Assembly (NCBI GenBank): GCA_039683415.1
Contig: JBDKRL010000008.1
Coordinates: 527-64,526 of the forward strand
Length of the DNA stretch: 64,000 bases
Direction of reading: 5' to 3'
Origin: Clostridiaceae bacterium
Lineage (GTDB): Bacteria; Bacillota; Clostridia; Christensenellales; CAG-138
Part shown: one piece after another, positions 19,617 to 29,903 of the stretch
Layout: each line of letters starts with the position of its first letter
Position numbering within the stretch: position 1 is the stretch's first letter
Position numbers and translations under genes: made by a program
Notes under the pieces: model-generated
What the model saw: the letters and a program-made list of their open reading frames with translations, nothing else
Told to the model about the DNA's origin: nothing
Database searches by the model: none

Positions 19617-20486
19617 ATGCATTACGCCGACTATAAAACCATCCTCTCGCCGCAGAACGGTATGAACCTCTACCGCGGGTGTACGCATGGCTGCATCTAC
19701 TGCGACAGCCGGAGTAAATGCTACCAGTTCGACCATGTCTTTGAAGACATCGAGGTCAAGCGCGACGCGATACGGATACTGGAAGAGCAGCTCAAAAAGA
19801 AACGCGCGCCCTGCATGATCGGCACCGGGTCGATGTGTGACCCCTACATCCCGCTGGAAGAGGAACTGCAGCTCACTCGTCAGGCACTGGAACTGGTCGA
19901 GCGGTACGGGTTCGGGTTCACGCTCATCACAAAGTCCGCGCGGGTGCTGCGGGATATCGACCTGCTCCGGCGCGTCAACGAAAAGACGAAAGCCGTCGTG
20001 CAGATGACGCTGACCACCTTCGACGAGGCGCTCTGTAAAAAACTGGAGCCGCATGTCTCCACCACACGGGAACGGTTCGAAGCGCTGTGTAAACTGCGGG
20101 ACGCGGGGGTTCCCACGGTGGTATGGCTTTGTCCCATTCTGCCGTTTATCAACGATACGGAGGAGAACCTGCGGGGGATTCTGGACTACTGCGTGCGGGC
20201 GGGGGTGAAGGGAATCCTCAACTTCGGCATTGGAGTTACGCTGCGCGAGGGCGACCGGGAATACTTCTACGCCGCGCTCGACCGTGACTTTCCGGGTGTA
20301 AAGCAGCAGTATATCCGCGCGTTCGGCAACGCCTACAGCTGCAGCAGCCCGAACAACGCCAAGCTGATGCAGGTATTCAAGGCGGAGTGCAAACGGCACG
20401 GCATCCTTTACAAGACGGACGAGGTGTTCGGCTATCTTTGGACGTTCGAGTCAAAAGAAAAGCAGCTTTCGCTGTTTGAGGAATAG
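19617..20486 (+). CDS. Radical SAM protein, spore-photoproduct-lyase-like family
   Basis: CTHGCIYC (CxxxCxxC), GSMCDPY and ITKS motifs; ends in QLSLFEE. Confidence 0.88.
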   Translation: MHYADYKTILSPQNGMNLYRGCTHGCIYCDSRSKCYQFDHVFEDIEVKRDAIRILEEQLKKKRAPCMIGTGSMCDPYIPLEEELQLTRQALELVERYGFGFTLITKSARVLRDIDLLRRVNEKTKAVVQMTLTTFDEALCKKLEPHVSTTRERFEALCKLRDAGVPTVVWLCPILPFINDTEENLRGILDYCVRAGVKGILNFGIGVTLREGDREYFYAALDRDFPGVKQQYIRAFGNAYSCSSPNNAKLMQVFKAECKRHGILYKTDEVFGYLWTFESKEKQLSLFEE

Positions 20487-20555
20487 CCGCTTTTAAATAG
20501 GGAAAGACTTTATTGCTTCTTTCTTTTCAAAGAGAGAGCGCAAAAGAAGAATTAC

Positions 20556-21185
20556 TTACTTTTGTGTTCCGCAAATCCTGCACGCATACTCCGTGGGATG
20601 ATGGCAGCTGCAAGGTTCCTGATAGTCCGGGTCGCCATAGCCGGGGTCGCCGTAACTATATGAAGTTCCTTCGGGGTGTACGAACCCGGAGCCGTCGCAG
20701 TTCTGGCAGGTGTGCTCGATCCAGTCGTGCCCTTCATCCCGAATCGTTCCGCATCGTACACATTTGCAGCCGTTCCAAACGTGGCCTTCGCTCCGAATTT
20801 CGCCGCAGAGCGTGCAGCGGCAGCCGTCCCATTCGTGCTCGTGCGGTTGTACTTCGCCGCAGCGGCGGCAGTGCAGCAGGTCATCCCAGTCGTGGCCGCG
20901 TTTTTTGCAGAGATAGCGATTGCGCAGAGTTCGAATCTCTTCGGAAAGCGCCTCAATGCCCTTTACCGCAGCAAAGACGAGCGCCACGGCAAATACGAGC
21001 GCGTAGAGGCCAAGCAGGATCCACCATAGTATGTGATGCGTGGAGAAGTAGAGCCGCTTATCCAGAATTGCGCCGCCGAGGCCGTAAAATAAAAATGCAA
21101 CGAGTAAGAGTGGCAAAAAAAGTCCGATGACCGCCAGCACAAAATAGCCGATCCCTTTGAAAAACCAAATAAAGACGTCTTTCAT
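20556..21185 (-). CDS. Membrane-anchored Cys/His-repeat (putative zinc-binding) protein, paralog 1
   Basis: Two TM segments, then HxWxGCxCxxCG repeats and CQNCDGSG. Confidence 0.8.
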   Translation of the reverse strand: MKDVFIWFFKGIGYFVLAVIGLFLPLLLVAFLFYGLGGAILDKRLYFSTHHILWWILLGLYALVFAVALVFAAVKGIEALSEEIRTLRNRYLCKKRGHDWDDLLHCRRCGEVQPHEHEWDGCRCTLCGEIRSEGHVWNGCKCVRCGTIRDEGHDWIEHTCQNCDGSGFVHPEGTSYSYGDPGYGDPDYQEPCSCHHPTEYACRICGTQK

Positions 21186-21213
21186 ACTGCGCTCCTTTTC
21201 GGCCGTTTTTCAG

Positions 21214-21861
21214 CTATTTCTGTTCGGAAACATCTTCGTGCTTTCCGCAGATTGTGCAAACCCGTTCGAGGGGATGTTCGCAGCCGCAGCGTTCTTCGTA
21301 GTCACCCCACGAATACTCTTGATATGCAACCGCCGAGGAAACGGAGCGCGTCACGTACCCTGAACCGCCACAGTTCGGACAAGCCTCGATTTTCCAATTG
21401 TGTTCTTCGTCGCGTGTTGTTCCGCAGCGTACGCATTTGCAGCCGCTCCATTCGTGCGCTTCGTTCCGAACTACGCCGCAGAGCATGCAGCGGCAGCCGT
21501 CCCATTCATGCGCATGTGGTTTTACTTCTTCGCAGCGGCGGCAGTGCAGCAGGTCATCCCAGTCGTGTCCCTTTGATTTGCATTGGCGGCGAATGTGAGC
21601 GCGCCGGAAGAGTTCTTTGATGAGGTTGAAAGAACACCACAAGAAGCGAACGAAAAGGAAACCGACGAGCAAAGCGCCAAGTCCCAGCATGATCCACCAA
21701 AAGAGATGGTCAGGATATGGCTTTTCAAAGGCGCGCAGGATTCGCCATGTAATGCCGTAGATAAACCATCCAACAAAGAACGCAAATGGGATACCAAAGG
21801 CACTGAAGATTAACGTTTCGACTGCCTCGCCAAAATAATCATCATAATCGATGCGTTTCAT
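21214..21861 (-). CDS. Membrane-anchored Cys/His-repeat (putative zinc-binding) protein, paralog 2
   Basis: Shares GHDWDDLLHCRRC and HEWDGCRC with paralog 1; also has CPNCGGSG. Confidence 0.8.
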   Translation of the reverse strand: MKRIDYDDYFGEAVETLIFSAFGIPFAFFVGWFIYGITWRILRAFEKPYPDHLFWWIMLGLGALLVGFLFVRFLWCSFNLIKELFRRAHIRRQCKSKGHDWDDLLHCRRCEEVKPHAHEWDGCRCMLCGVVRNEAHEWSGCKCVRCGTTRDEEHNWKIEACPNCGGSGYVTRSVSSAVAYQEYSWGDYEERCGCEHPLERVCTICGKHEDVSEQK

Positions 21862-22030
21862 TCTATCCTGTCTTTCCAGCGCCGAAACACCAGCTGTGTG
21901 CGCGCCGTATCTTCCTGTAAGCTAACGATACCGCAGTGAACAAGCGAAAAGGTGTGCTTTCTGCACACTTTCAGAAGAAAGACAAAGAGGGCGCTTTCGC
22001 GCCCTCTTTTTTGCACTTGCGTTGTTTTGG

Positions 22031-23980
22031 TTACGACTTCGCTCTCGTTGCGACTTCTTCGAGCAGTTTGGCGCGGAAGGCTTCCAGCGTCATGGTGCCG
22101 AGGTCGCCGTCCTTGCGGGAACGCACGGCTACGAGCCCCTGCTCCATTTCCTTGTCGCCCATCACGAGCATGTACGGCACTTTCTGCATCTGCGCCTCGC
22201 GGATTTTAAAGCCGATTTTCTCGTTGCGGAGGTCGCTTTCCACGCGGATGCCGTACTGCTCCAGCGACTTCTGAATCTCGACGGAAGCGTCCGCCGCGCG
22301 GTCGGTGATAGGCAGAACCTTCACCTGCACGGGCGCAATCCAGGTCGGCAGCGCGCCGGCGTATTTCTCGATCAACAGCGCCAGCGTGCGCTCATAGCAG
22401 CCGATGGACGTGCGGTGGATGACGTAGGGGAACTTCTTCTGCCCGTCCGTATCCGTATACACCATGCCGAAGCGCTCTGCAAGCTGGAAGTCGATCTGGA
22501 TGGTGATGAGCGTATCTTCCTTGCCGTAGACGTTGCGGATCTGGATATCCAGCTTCGGCCCGTAGAAGGCCGCTTCGCCGTCCGCCTCCGTAAACTGCAC
22601 GCCGAGGTCGTTGAGGATGGTGCGCATCATGTCCTGCGTGCTTTCCCAGCTCGCCTTGTCGCCAATGTACTTGGCGGTGTCGTTCTCGTCCCACTTGCTG
22701 AAGCGGTAGCTCACGTCGTCCGTAAAACCGAGCGTGTCGATCATGAACTTGGCAAGATCAAGGCAGCCCTTGAACTCGTCTTCCACCTGATCCGGACGGC
22801 ACGCAAGATGCCCTTCCGAAATGGTGAACTGCCTGAGGCGGATTAGGCCGTGCATTTCGCCGGAGCTTTCGTTCCGAAACAGCGTGCTCGTTTCGTTGTA
22901 GCGAAGCGGCAAATCGCGGTAGGAGCGCGCGCGGTTCAGGTACGCCATGAACTGGAACGGGCAGGTCATCGGGCGCAGCGCGAAGACTTCCGCGTTTTCG
23001 TCCTCGACGTCCGGCGTGTCGCTCATGATGAACATGCCGTCGCGGTAGTGATCCCAGTGACCGGAGATTTTATACAGCTCGCGCTTGGCCATAAACGGCG
23101 TCTTGGTGAGCAGATAGCCGCGCTTCTGTTCTTCGTCCTCAACAAACCGCTGCAGCAACTGGATGACCCGCGCGCCCTTGGGCAGCAGGATGGGCAGGCC
23201 CTGACCGATGATGTCCACGGTCGTGAACAGCTCCAGCTCGCGGCCGAGCTTGTTGTGGTCGCGCTTCTTCGCCTCTTCGAGCGCGGTGACGTACGCGTCC
23301 AGATCGGCTTTCTTTTCAAATGCCGTGCCGTAGATGCGCTGGAGCATCTTGTTCTTTTCGCTGCCGCGCCAGTATGCGCCCGCCACGTTGAGGAGCTTGA
23401 TGTTCTTGACGATGCCCGTGGAAGGCACGTGAGGCCCCGCGCAGAGGTCTACGAAGTCGCCCTGGCGGTAGAAGCTGATCACGGCGCTCTCCGGCAGGTC
23501 GCGGATGAGCTCGACCTTGTACGGTTCGCCCTTTTCTTCCATGAATTTCATCGCGTCCGCGCGTGGCAGTTCAAAGCGCTCGACCTTGAGGTCTTCCTTT
23601 TCAATGCGCGCGATTTCCGCCTCGATTTTGGCGAGGTCTTCCGGCGTGAACGCGCTCGGCGCGTCAAAGTCGTAATAGAACCCGTTTTCAATCGCGGGGC
23701 CGATGGCGAGCTTGACCTCCGGGTACAGCCGCTTGACCGCCTGCGCCAGCACGTGGGACGCGGTATGGCGATAAGCCCAGCGGCCGTTTTCGTCCGCAAA
23801 GGTGTAGAATTTAATCGCATGGTCGCCCGTAACCGGGCGGAACGCGTCGGAATGCGCGCCGTCGAGGTCGCAGCTCAGCGTGGCCTTGGCAAGCCGCGGG
23901 CTGATCTCCGCCGCGATTTCAATGCCGGTCATGCCGTCTTGAAACTCGCGTTTATTGCCGTCCGGGAATGTGATAAACAT
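22031..23980 (-). CDS. thrS: Threonine--tRNA ligase
   Basis: TGS domain, HTASHVLAQA, DLCAGPH, RPMTCP, HRTSIGCYER and anticodon-binding domain. Confidence 0.99.
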   Translation of the reverse strand: MFITFPDGNKREFQDGMTGIEIAAEISPRLAKATLSCDLDGAHSDAFRPVTGDHAIKFYTFADENGRWAYRHTASHVLAQAVKRLYPEVKLAIGPAIENGFYYDFDAPSAFTPEDLAKIEAEIARIEKEDLKVERFELPRADAMKFMEEKGEPYKVELIRDLPESAVISFYRQGDFVDLCAGPHVPSTGIVKNIKLLNVAGAYWRGSEKNKMLQRIYGTAFEKKADLDAYVTALEEAKKRDHNKLGRELELFTTVDIIGQGLPILLPKGARVIQLLQRFVEDEEQKRGYLLTKTPFMAKRELYKISGHWDHYRDGMFIMSDTPDVEDENAEVFALRPMTCPFQFMAYLNRARSYRDLPLRYNETSTLFRNESSGEMHGLIRLRQFTISEGHLACRPDQVEDEFKGCLDLAKFMIDTLGFTDDVSYRFSKWDENDTAKYIGDKASWESTQDMMRTILNDLGVQFTEADGEAAFYGPKLDIQIRNVYGKEDTLITIQIDFQLAERFGMVYTDTDGQKKFPYVIHRTSIGCYERTLALLIEKYAGALPTWIAPVQVKVLPITDRAADASVEIQKSLEQYGIRVESDLRNEKIGFKIREAQMQKVPYMLVMGDKEMEQGLVAVRSRKDGDLGTMTLEAFRAKLLEEVATRAKS

Positions 23981-24034
23981 ATATTGTTCTCCTCCTCATT
24001 TGGTTTATATACTTGCCCGGCGTTTTGCCGGATA

Positions 24035-24285
24035 AAACAAAACGCCCCGAAGCAGATTGTTCTGCCTCGGGACGATAGTTTCTTGCTACCGTGGTTCCAC
24101 CCGCGTTCGCGCAAGTTAAATTTGTCCTGCGCGCGCTTTTTACCGCTGTATCGGGCGGATTCCCGCTGATTCGGTTGCCGGGCGGTCTTCGCGTCGTCGT
24201 TCGCCGCCGCGCTTGCAGCAAAATGCGCGGCTCTCTGAGGGGGAACGCTTGGGTGACGGTACTGCTTCCCGGGTCTTCCCGAAAG
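24035..24285 (-). ncRNA. T-box riboswitch with a Thr (ACC) specifier
   Basis: The minus strand has an AGAGA box, GAAG-ACC specifier (24184-24186), T-box AACGCGGGTGGAACCACG and a terminator hairpin with a U-run. Confidence 0.93.
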
Positions 24286-24293
24286 TAACTTAT

Positions 24294-24322
24294 AGTATAG
24301 CGAAACGGGCGGATTTTGTCAA
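24294..24322 (-). promoter_or_regulatory. sigmaA promoter of T-box-thrS
   Basis: TTGACA-N17-TATACT. Confidence 0.85.
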
Positions 24323-24382
24323 ATGAGAATCTCTTTCTCTTCTTTCTTAAAAGAAAGAAGCAAAGAATTCTTTATTTTTCAT

Positions 24383-24862
24383 TCACTTATGATACGGTTC
24401 GTGCGCGTTGATTTTGAACGCGCGGTAAATCTGCTCGGCTAAAAAGACGCGGCAGAGCCCGTGCGGCAGCGTCATGTCGGAGAGCGAAACCTTCGCGTCC
24501 GCGCGCGCGAGCACGGCGGGGGAAAGTCCCAGCGACCCGCCGATAAGGAACGTCACCGTCGGCGAATGATTCACGAACGCGTCCTGCAGAAAAGCCGCAA
24601 ACGCGGGGGAGTCCATACGTTTTCCTTCGACGCAGAGGGCGACGGCGAACTCACCGGGATTGACTTTTGAAAGCAGGCGATCACCTTCCCGCTCCATCAC
24701 CTGGCGTTCTTCGGCGGGGGAGAGCGTTTCCGGCGCTTTTTCGTCCGCAACTTCCGCAACTTCCAGCGTGCAGAAGCGTGAAAGGCGCTTGGCGTACTCC
24801 GCCACGGCCTCGCGATAAAAGCTGTCCTTCAATTTTCCCACGCAGGCAATTTTAATCTTCAT
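24383..24862 (-). CDS. rlmH: 23S rRNA (pseudouridine1915-N3)-methyltransferase
   Basis: MKIKIACVGKLK, FLIGGSLG, and MTLPHGLCRVFLAEQIYRAFKINAHEPYHK. Confidence 0.97.
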   Translation of the reverse strand: MKIKIACVGKLKDSFYREAVAEYAKRLSRFCTLEVAEVADEKAPETLSPAEERQVMEREGDRLLSKVNPGEFAVALCVEGKRMDSPAFAAFLQDAFVNHSPTVTFLIGGSLGLSPAVLARADAKVSLSDMTLPHGLCRVFLAEQIYRAFKINAHEPYHK

Positions 24863-24963
24863 ATGTTCACTCTGAAGTTTTCTTTGTTTCTTTCTTTTTC
24901 AAAAGAAAGAAAAGCGTTTTTTGTATTCTTTGTTTCTTTCTTTTAAGAAAGAAGAAGAACCCC

Positions 24964-25746
24964 CTATATCTCGAACATCCCGCAGGGTTGGTAGCGGTCG
25001 GCAACGGTGACGAACACGCTCTCCAGCAAACCCGCGCTTTCCAGCACTGACTGCACGGTCACGAGCGCAAGCTCCGGCGTGTTGTTCTCCTGCGAGAGGT
25101 GGCCGAGGATGGCGTTTCGCACGCCACGCGCATAGAGCTTTTGCAGCACAAGCCCCGCGTCTTCGTTGCAGAGATGCCCGCGGGAGGAGAGAATCCGCAT
25201 CTTGAGCGGGTAAGGGTAGCTGCCCGCTTTGAGCATGTCCACGTCGTGGTTGGCTTCCAAAAGGATCAAATCCGCCCCGGCGACGGCGTCCAGCATCGTG
25301 TTGGAAACGTGCCCGATATCGGTCATGATGGCGAGCTTTCGGCCGTCGTGCACAAAGGTGTAGCCGACGGGGTGGGCGCTGTCGTGCGGAATCGTAAAGG
25401 GGTGCACGCAGAGCTGCTTTAAATAAAAATCATGATCCGGCTCGAACACGCGCACATTCTTAGGCGCGAAAGCGCCAAGCGAAGCGGGCAGGCTCCGCCA
25501 GCAGGCTTCGGCGGCGTAAACGGGAATATCGTACTTGCGTGACAAAACGCCGACGCCCGCAACATGGTCGCTGTGCTCATGGGTTACCAGGATCGCGTCG
25601 AGCGTGCGCGCGGAAACGTCGATCATGTCGAGCAGCTGTTCCATTCGCTTGCCGGGCAGCCCCGCGTCCACGAGCAGGCGCACGCCGCCCGCCTCCAGAA
25701 AGGACGCGTTGCCGGAGGAACCGCTGCACAACGGAGAAAACATCAT
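24964..25746 (-). CDS. MBL-fold metallo-hydrolase, YycJ/WalJ family
   Basis: SGSSGNA, THEHSDH, LEANHD and GHLS motifs; adjacent to rlmH as in other Firmicutes. Confidence 0.9.
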   Translation of the reverse strand: MMFSPLCSGSSGNASFLEAGGVRLLVDAGLPGKRMEQLLDMIDVSARTLDAILVTHEHSDHVAGVGVLSRKYDIPVYAAEACWRSLPASLGAFAPKNVRVFEPDHDFYLKQLCVHPFTIPHDSAHPVGYTFVHDGRKLAIMTDIGHVSNTMLDAVAGADLILLEANHDVDMLKAGSYPYPLKMRILSSRGHLCNEDAGLVLQKLYARGVRNAILGHLSQENNTPELALVTVQSVLESAGLLESVFVTVADRYQPCGMFEI

Positions 25747-25963
25747 AAAAAAGATGCTCCTTTGCTTTAACGATAAACAGTATAACACAAGCCTGAACGA
25801 ACGGACAGTAACGTATGGAGAAACAGGGGTTGTGTGTGGCAAGGCAAGATAATTCTCAGATAGCACAAGCCGGATCAACACGACAGTAACAGAGTCGTAA
25901 CCCTCTGTTCCGGACGGAGCCGGCGGGGTGCGAAGAGGCCAAAAACCTGCTATACTGTGTTGC

Positions 25964-26788
25964 ATGGACAGAACAAGCGAACGCGCCTACGCGAAACTGA
26001 ATTTGACTCTCGGCGTGCTGTATAAGCGCAGCGACGGCTACCACGCGCTCGACTCGATCATGCAGAGCATCGACCTTTGCGACACGGTGTCGATCGAGCG
26101 CGCGAGCGATATTGTCGTCACCAGCACGGGTATGCTGCTGCCGTACGACAACACCGTGCGCCGCGCGGCGGAGCAATACCGCGCGCTGACGGGGCGCGGC
26201 GCGCATATCCGCGTGACGAAGCGTATCCCCGCGGAGGCGGGTATGGGCGGCGGCAGCGCGGACGCCGCGGCAACACTGCTGGGACTGCAGAAAATCTACG
26301 GAGAAGCGGACGAAAAAACGCTGTTCGAGCTCGGCGCTTCCGTCGGGGCGGACGTGCCGTTCTGCATGCGCGGCGGCGTTCAGCGCGCGGAGGGAATCGG
26401 CGAAGTGCTCACCCCGCTCAGGGGAATGAAGCTGTTTTTCCTCGTCGTAAAACCCAAAGAGGGCGTTTCTACTAAAAAGCTGTTTTCAATGCTCAAATTG
26501 CCGAGGATCATGCCGGAGACCACCGCCTGCATCAAGGCGCTCGCCGTGGGCGATCTAGGCGCGCTTGCGCCGCTTCTCTATAACGCGCTGGAAGAGCCGG
26601 CCATTGAGCTCGTGCCGGAGATCGGCGCGGTCAAAACGGCGCTGCTGGAAGCGGGCGCGCTTGCCGCCTGCATGACGGGCAGCGGAAGCGCGGTGTTCGG
26701 GCTGTTTGAAACACGCGAACTGGCCGAAACCGCTCTGCCAAAGGTGGAACATTTTGCTTTTTCCCGCGTCTGCGAGAGTATCGGGTGA
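25964..26788 (+). CDS. ispE: 4-diphosphocytidyl-2-C-methyl-D-erythritol kinase
   Basis: AKLNLTL, IPAEAGMGGGSADAAA, LGASVGADVPF and MTGSGSAVF motifs. Confidence 0.96.
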   Translation: MDRTSERAYAKLNLTLGVLYKRSDGYHALDSIMQSIDLCDTVSIERASDIVVTSTGMLLPYDNTVRRAAEQYRALTGRGAHIRVTKRIPAEAGMGGGSADAAATLLGLQKIYGEADEKTLFELGASVGADVPFCMRGGVQRAEGIGEVLTPLRGMKLFFLVVKPKEGVSTKKLFSMLKLPRIMPETTACIKALAVGDLGALAPLLYNALEEPAIELVPEIGAVKTALLEAGALAACMTGSGSAVFGLFETRELAETALPKVEHFAFSRVCESIG

Positions 26789-27017
26789 ACTTTGTCTCTC
26801 TTTTAAAAAGAGACATAAAAACTGTTTTCTGCTTCTCTTTTTGTAAAAGAGAAGAGAATAAAGTAAAGACCCAGCGGGGCGGCGCTGTGAACAATCCGCG
26901 AATATTCCAAAAATCCAGTGCCAAGCCCTGTAAAATTCGATACAATCACAGCACGGGGTTCTGTAGTTTGTTACATACCCGTTTTTTTGCAAATCAAGTT
27001 CGGGGGGACTACTGATC

Positions 27018-29837
27018 ATGCGTTTCACCCGCTTCCGAAAAGGAACAGCACTCCTTCTTGCGCTGATGTTCTTGGCGCTGGTCATTCCGACAACTTCCGC
27101 GCCCGCGGATACGGGCGTGCAGTTCGTGCGCGTGCTGCTCTCAACGGAGTCTGCCTCGAGTATGAATATCACGGTCAAGGGCGCGTATTCGCTCGCGCAG
27201 GCGCAGCGGTCGTTTCAAAACGGCACGCTGACTGTTTCCGCTTCCGGCAGCACGGTCACGGTGACGCACTCGACGGAAGGCCTGCTGTATTCCGGGAGCA
27301 CGGCTACGATTGAACGCACCGTCCTCGCACGGGACGCGGGATACCTGACCATGCGGACGGCGTCCGGCACGCGCAATTATCTCGGCAACTTTACGTTTAC
27401 CGCCAGCGGTGGCGTTCTCACCGTGGTCAACAACGTTCCGCTTTCGCATTACCTCTACGGCGTGGTCGGCTACGAAATGAGCAATACCTTCCCGCTCGAA
27501 GCGCTCAAAGCGCAGGCGCTGGCCGCAAAAGGGTATGTGCTGCTCAAGATCAAGACATCCGGCAGCTACGATATCGGAGACACTTCCTCCGACCAGGTGT
27601 ATAAAGGTTACGACGCATCCTATCAAAATGTTATCGCCGCCGTGGACGCGACCATGGGCGACGTATTGTACTATAACAACATGCCGCTCTACTGCTATTA
27701 TGCGGCAAGCAACGGCGGCTGGATGATTCTGCCTTCGGACCGCTGGACTTCCACGCTGTATGACGGCGCGTATAACTATGGAACCGATCCCTACGACCTT
27801 GCCAATCCGTCCACACCGGTGGAAAGCATCTTCGTTCCGGCAAGCTACAGCGAAAAGGAGATGGGGACTTCCGCGTTTGCCTTCCTCGACGCGCGGCTCA
27901 TGGCGGCGGTCGCGGCGCGCGGGGCGATTCCCAAGAACTTCTATTTCGGCGGCGTGCAGTCCGTGGACAGCGTCGTTTCCTCCGGCATAGGGGGTTACGC
28001 CGACGACCTCAACCACACGACAGTGACGGTCACGGCGACGGTGCGCGCCAACCTCACCGAATCGCTGATTCCCTCGCCGACCCCGACGTTTGCGCCGACG
28101 CCGTCGCCCACGCCGACATTCGAGCCGACGCCTTCGCCAACCCCGACGTTTGAACCGACCGCAACGCCGAGCGCAACGCCGGAAAGCGAAACGCCGACGC
28201 CGACGCCCAGCGGTTATACGCCTTCGCCAACACCGACGGCGACGCCGTCCCCTACGCCGACGTTTGCGCCGACGCCATCGGCAACGCCGACGTTCGCGCC
28301 CACGCCTTCGCCCACGCCTGCCATCGAAACGGTGCGCACGAGCCAGGTTTCCGTCAGCTTTACGTTTGCGGAACTGGCCGCGGCGGGACTCTTTACCAAT
28401 ACGAATCTCAAGATCTATTACGCCATCCAGACCCAGGGCGGCTGGCGGCTGCTGCACGCGCGGTACGGCCACGGCGTTGGTATGAGCCAGCGCGGCGCGC
28501 AGTATATGGCCAGCCTTGGCAAGACCTATCGCGAAATCCTTGGCTTCTATTATCCCGGCGCGACAATGGGCACCATGAGCTACACCTTCCCCGAAGCGGT
28601 CGGCAGCACGCAGCCGCAGACCGCGGCAACCAGCGCTTCCGCCGGTAAGGTCAAGGGCGGGACGGTCAACCTCCGCGCCAAAGCTTCCACCAGCGCAAGC
28701 GTGGTAGAAGCGCTCGCGGCCGACACCCCGCTGACGCTGCTCGGCATGACGGGCGAATGGTACTATGTTTCCGCGCCGAGCGGCAACACCGGATATATCC
28801 GCTACGACTATGTTCTTTTGACCGGCAGCAGCATGATTGCGCGCGGCGTGGTCAGCGGAAGCGCGGTGAACTACCGCACCGGCCCCGGCACGAGCTATTC
28901 AACCATCGGCCAGCTTTCGCTGGATACCCAGCTCGGCATCTACGGCATGGTGGACGGCTGGTACAAGGTCAAAGCCATGACCACCGGCACGGACGGGTTC
29001 GTGAGCAAGAGCTATGTCACCATTACGGCGGAGACTGCCGAAAATCAGACGGCGGCGACTCCGACGCCGACCGGCGCCGCGACCGCAACGCCAACGTCCG
29101 CTCCGACCCCGACCGTTGTGGGCGCAACGCCTACCCCCGTGGTCATCGGCGCGGCAACCCCGACGCCCACGCCAACGGCAACGCCGAGCACGACGCTCGC
29201 ACCGGAATTTGCCGCCGCGGGCGTGCTCAACGCGGCGGGCGTGAACATCCGCGCGGGGGCGAGCACCTCCACCAAGAGCTACGGAAAACTGATGAAAAAC
29301 ACCGCCGTCGGCCTCTATGAAAAGAAAGGCTCCTGGTACCGTGTCCGCATCCTCTCCACCGGGCTGGAGGGATATATTTACGCAAAGTACATCACCATCA
29401 CGCAAACCGCGTCCAGCACAAGCAGCTCCACAAGCTCGAGCGCGGGATACATCAACGCTTCCGGCGTGTATGTCCGCACAGGGGCGAGCACGCGCTATAA
29501 CAGCCTTGGCAAATTCGCGCGCAACACAAGCGTAAAGGTGATTGCATCGTCCGGCAGCTGGTATCAGGTTGAGATTCCGTCCGCGGATATCACGGGCTAC
29601 GTGCTGGCAAAATACGTTACGTTAACCAGTACGACCAAGGCCTCCACGCAGACCGGTGTGATCACCTCGCGATTGAACCTCCGCGCGCAGCCTTCGACCA
29701 GTTCGGGTTCGAAAGTGCTGCTCACGATGGACAAAGGTTCGACCGTGACCGTCTATTCGACCACGAACGGCTGGTGCTATGTCAGCTACAACGGAACGCT
29801 GGGCTACTGCGTCGCCTCCTGCGTCAAGATCGGGTAG
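27018..29837 (+). CDS. SpoIID/LytB-domain peptidoglycan hydrolase with Pro/Thr linkers and five SH3b domains
   Basis: Signal peptide; [24 protein letters not shown] and [11 protein letters not shown] motifs; five SH3-like repeats. Confidence 0.9.
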   Translation: MRFTRFRKGTALLLALMFLALVIPTTSAPADTGVQFVRVLLSTESASSMNITVKGAYSLAQAQRSFQNGTLTVSASGSTVTVTHSTEGLLYSGSTATIERTVLARDAGYLTMRTASGTRNYLGNFTFTASGGVLTVVNNVPLSHYLYGVVGYEMSNTFPLEALKAQALAAKGYVLLKIKTSGSYDIGDTSSDQVYKGYDASYQNVIAAVDATMGDVLYYNNMPLYCYYAASNGGWMILPSDRWTSTLYDGAYNYGTDPYDLANPSTPVESIFVPASYSEKEMGTSAFAFLDARLMAAVAARGAIPKNFYFGGVQSVDSVVSSGIGGYADDLNHTTVTVTATVRANLTESLIPSPTPTFAPTPSPTPTFEPTPSPTPTFEPTATPSATPESETPTPTPSGYTPSPTPTATPSPTPTFAPTPSATPTFAPTPSPTPAIETVRTSQVSVSFTFAELAAAGLFTNTNLKIYYAIQTQGGWRLLHARYGHGVGMSQRGAQYMASLGKTYREILGFYYPGATMGTMSYTFPEAVGSTQPQTAATSASAGKVKGGTVNLRAKASTSASVVEALAADTPLTLLGMTGEWYYVSAPSGNTGYIRYDYVLLTGSSMIARGVVSGSAVNYRTGPGTSYSTIGQLSLDTQLGIYGMVDGWYKVKAMTTGTDGFVSKSYVTITAETAENQTAATPTPTGAATATPTSAPTPTVVGATPTPVVIGAATPTPTPTATPSTTLAPEFAAAGVLNAAGVNIRAGASTSTKSYGKLMKNTAVGLYEKKGSWYRVRILSTGLEGYIYAKYITITQTASSTSSSTSSSAGYINASGVYVRTGASTRYNSLGKFARNTSVKVIASSGSWYQVEIPSADITGYVLAKYVTLTSTTKASTQTGVITSRLNLRAQPSTSSGSKVLLTMDKGSTVTVYSTTNGWCYVSYNGTLGYCVASCVKIG

Positions 29838-29903
29838 CGTCGTTATTGGTCGTTTGAAGAGCGGCAAACGGAATACCGATAATAGGAACGGCAATAGTTA
29901 ACC

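Noticed and set aside
20556-21861. Multiheme cytochrome c interpretation of the Cys/His-rich pair
   Set aside because: The motifs are CxxCG/E/D, and CxxCH never occurs.
24320-24400. rlmH (orfX) 3' end as an SCC-like integration site
   Set aside because: No recombinase, att duplication or cargo follows; the thrS promoter and T-box come directly after.
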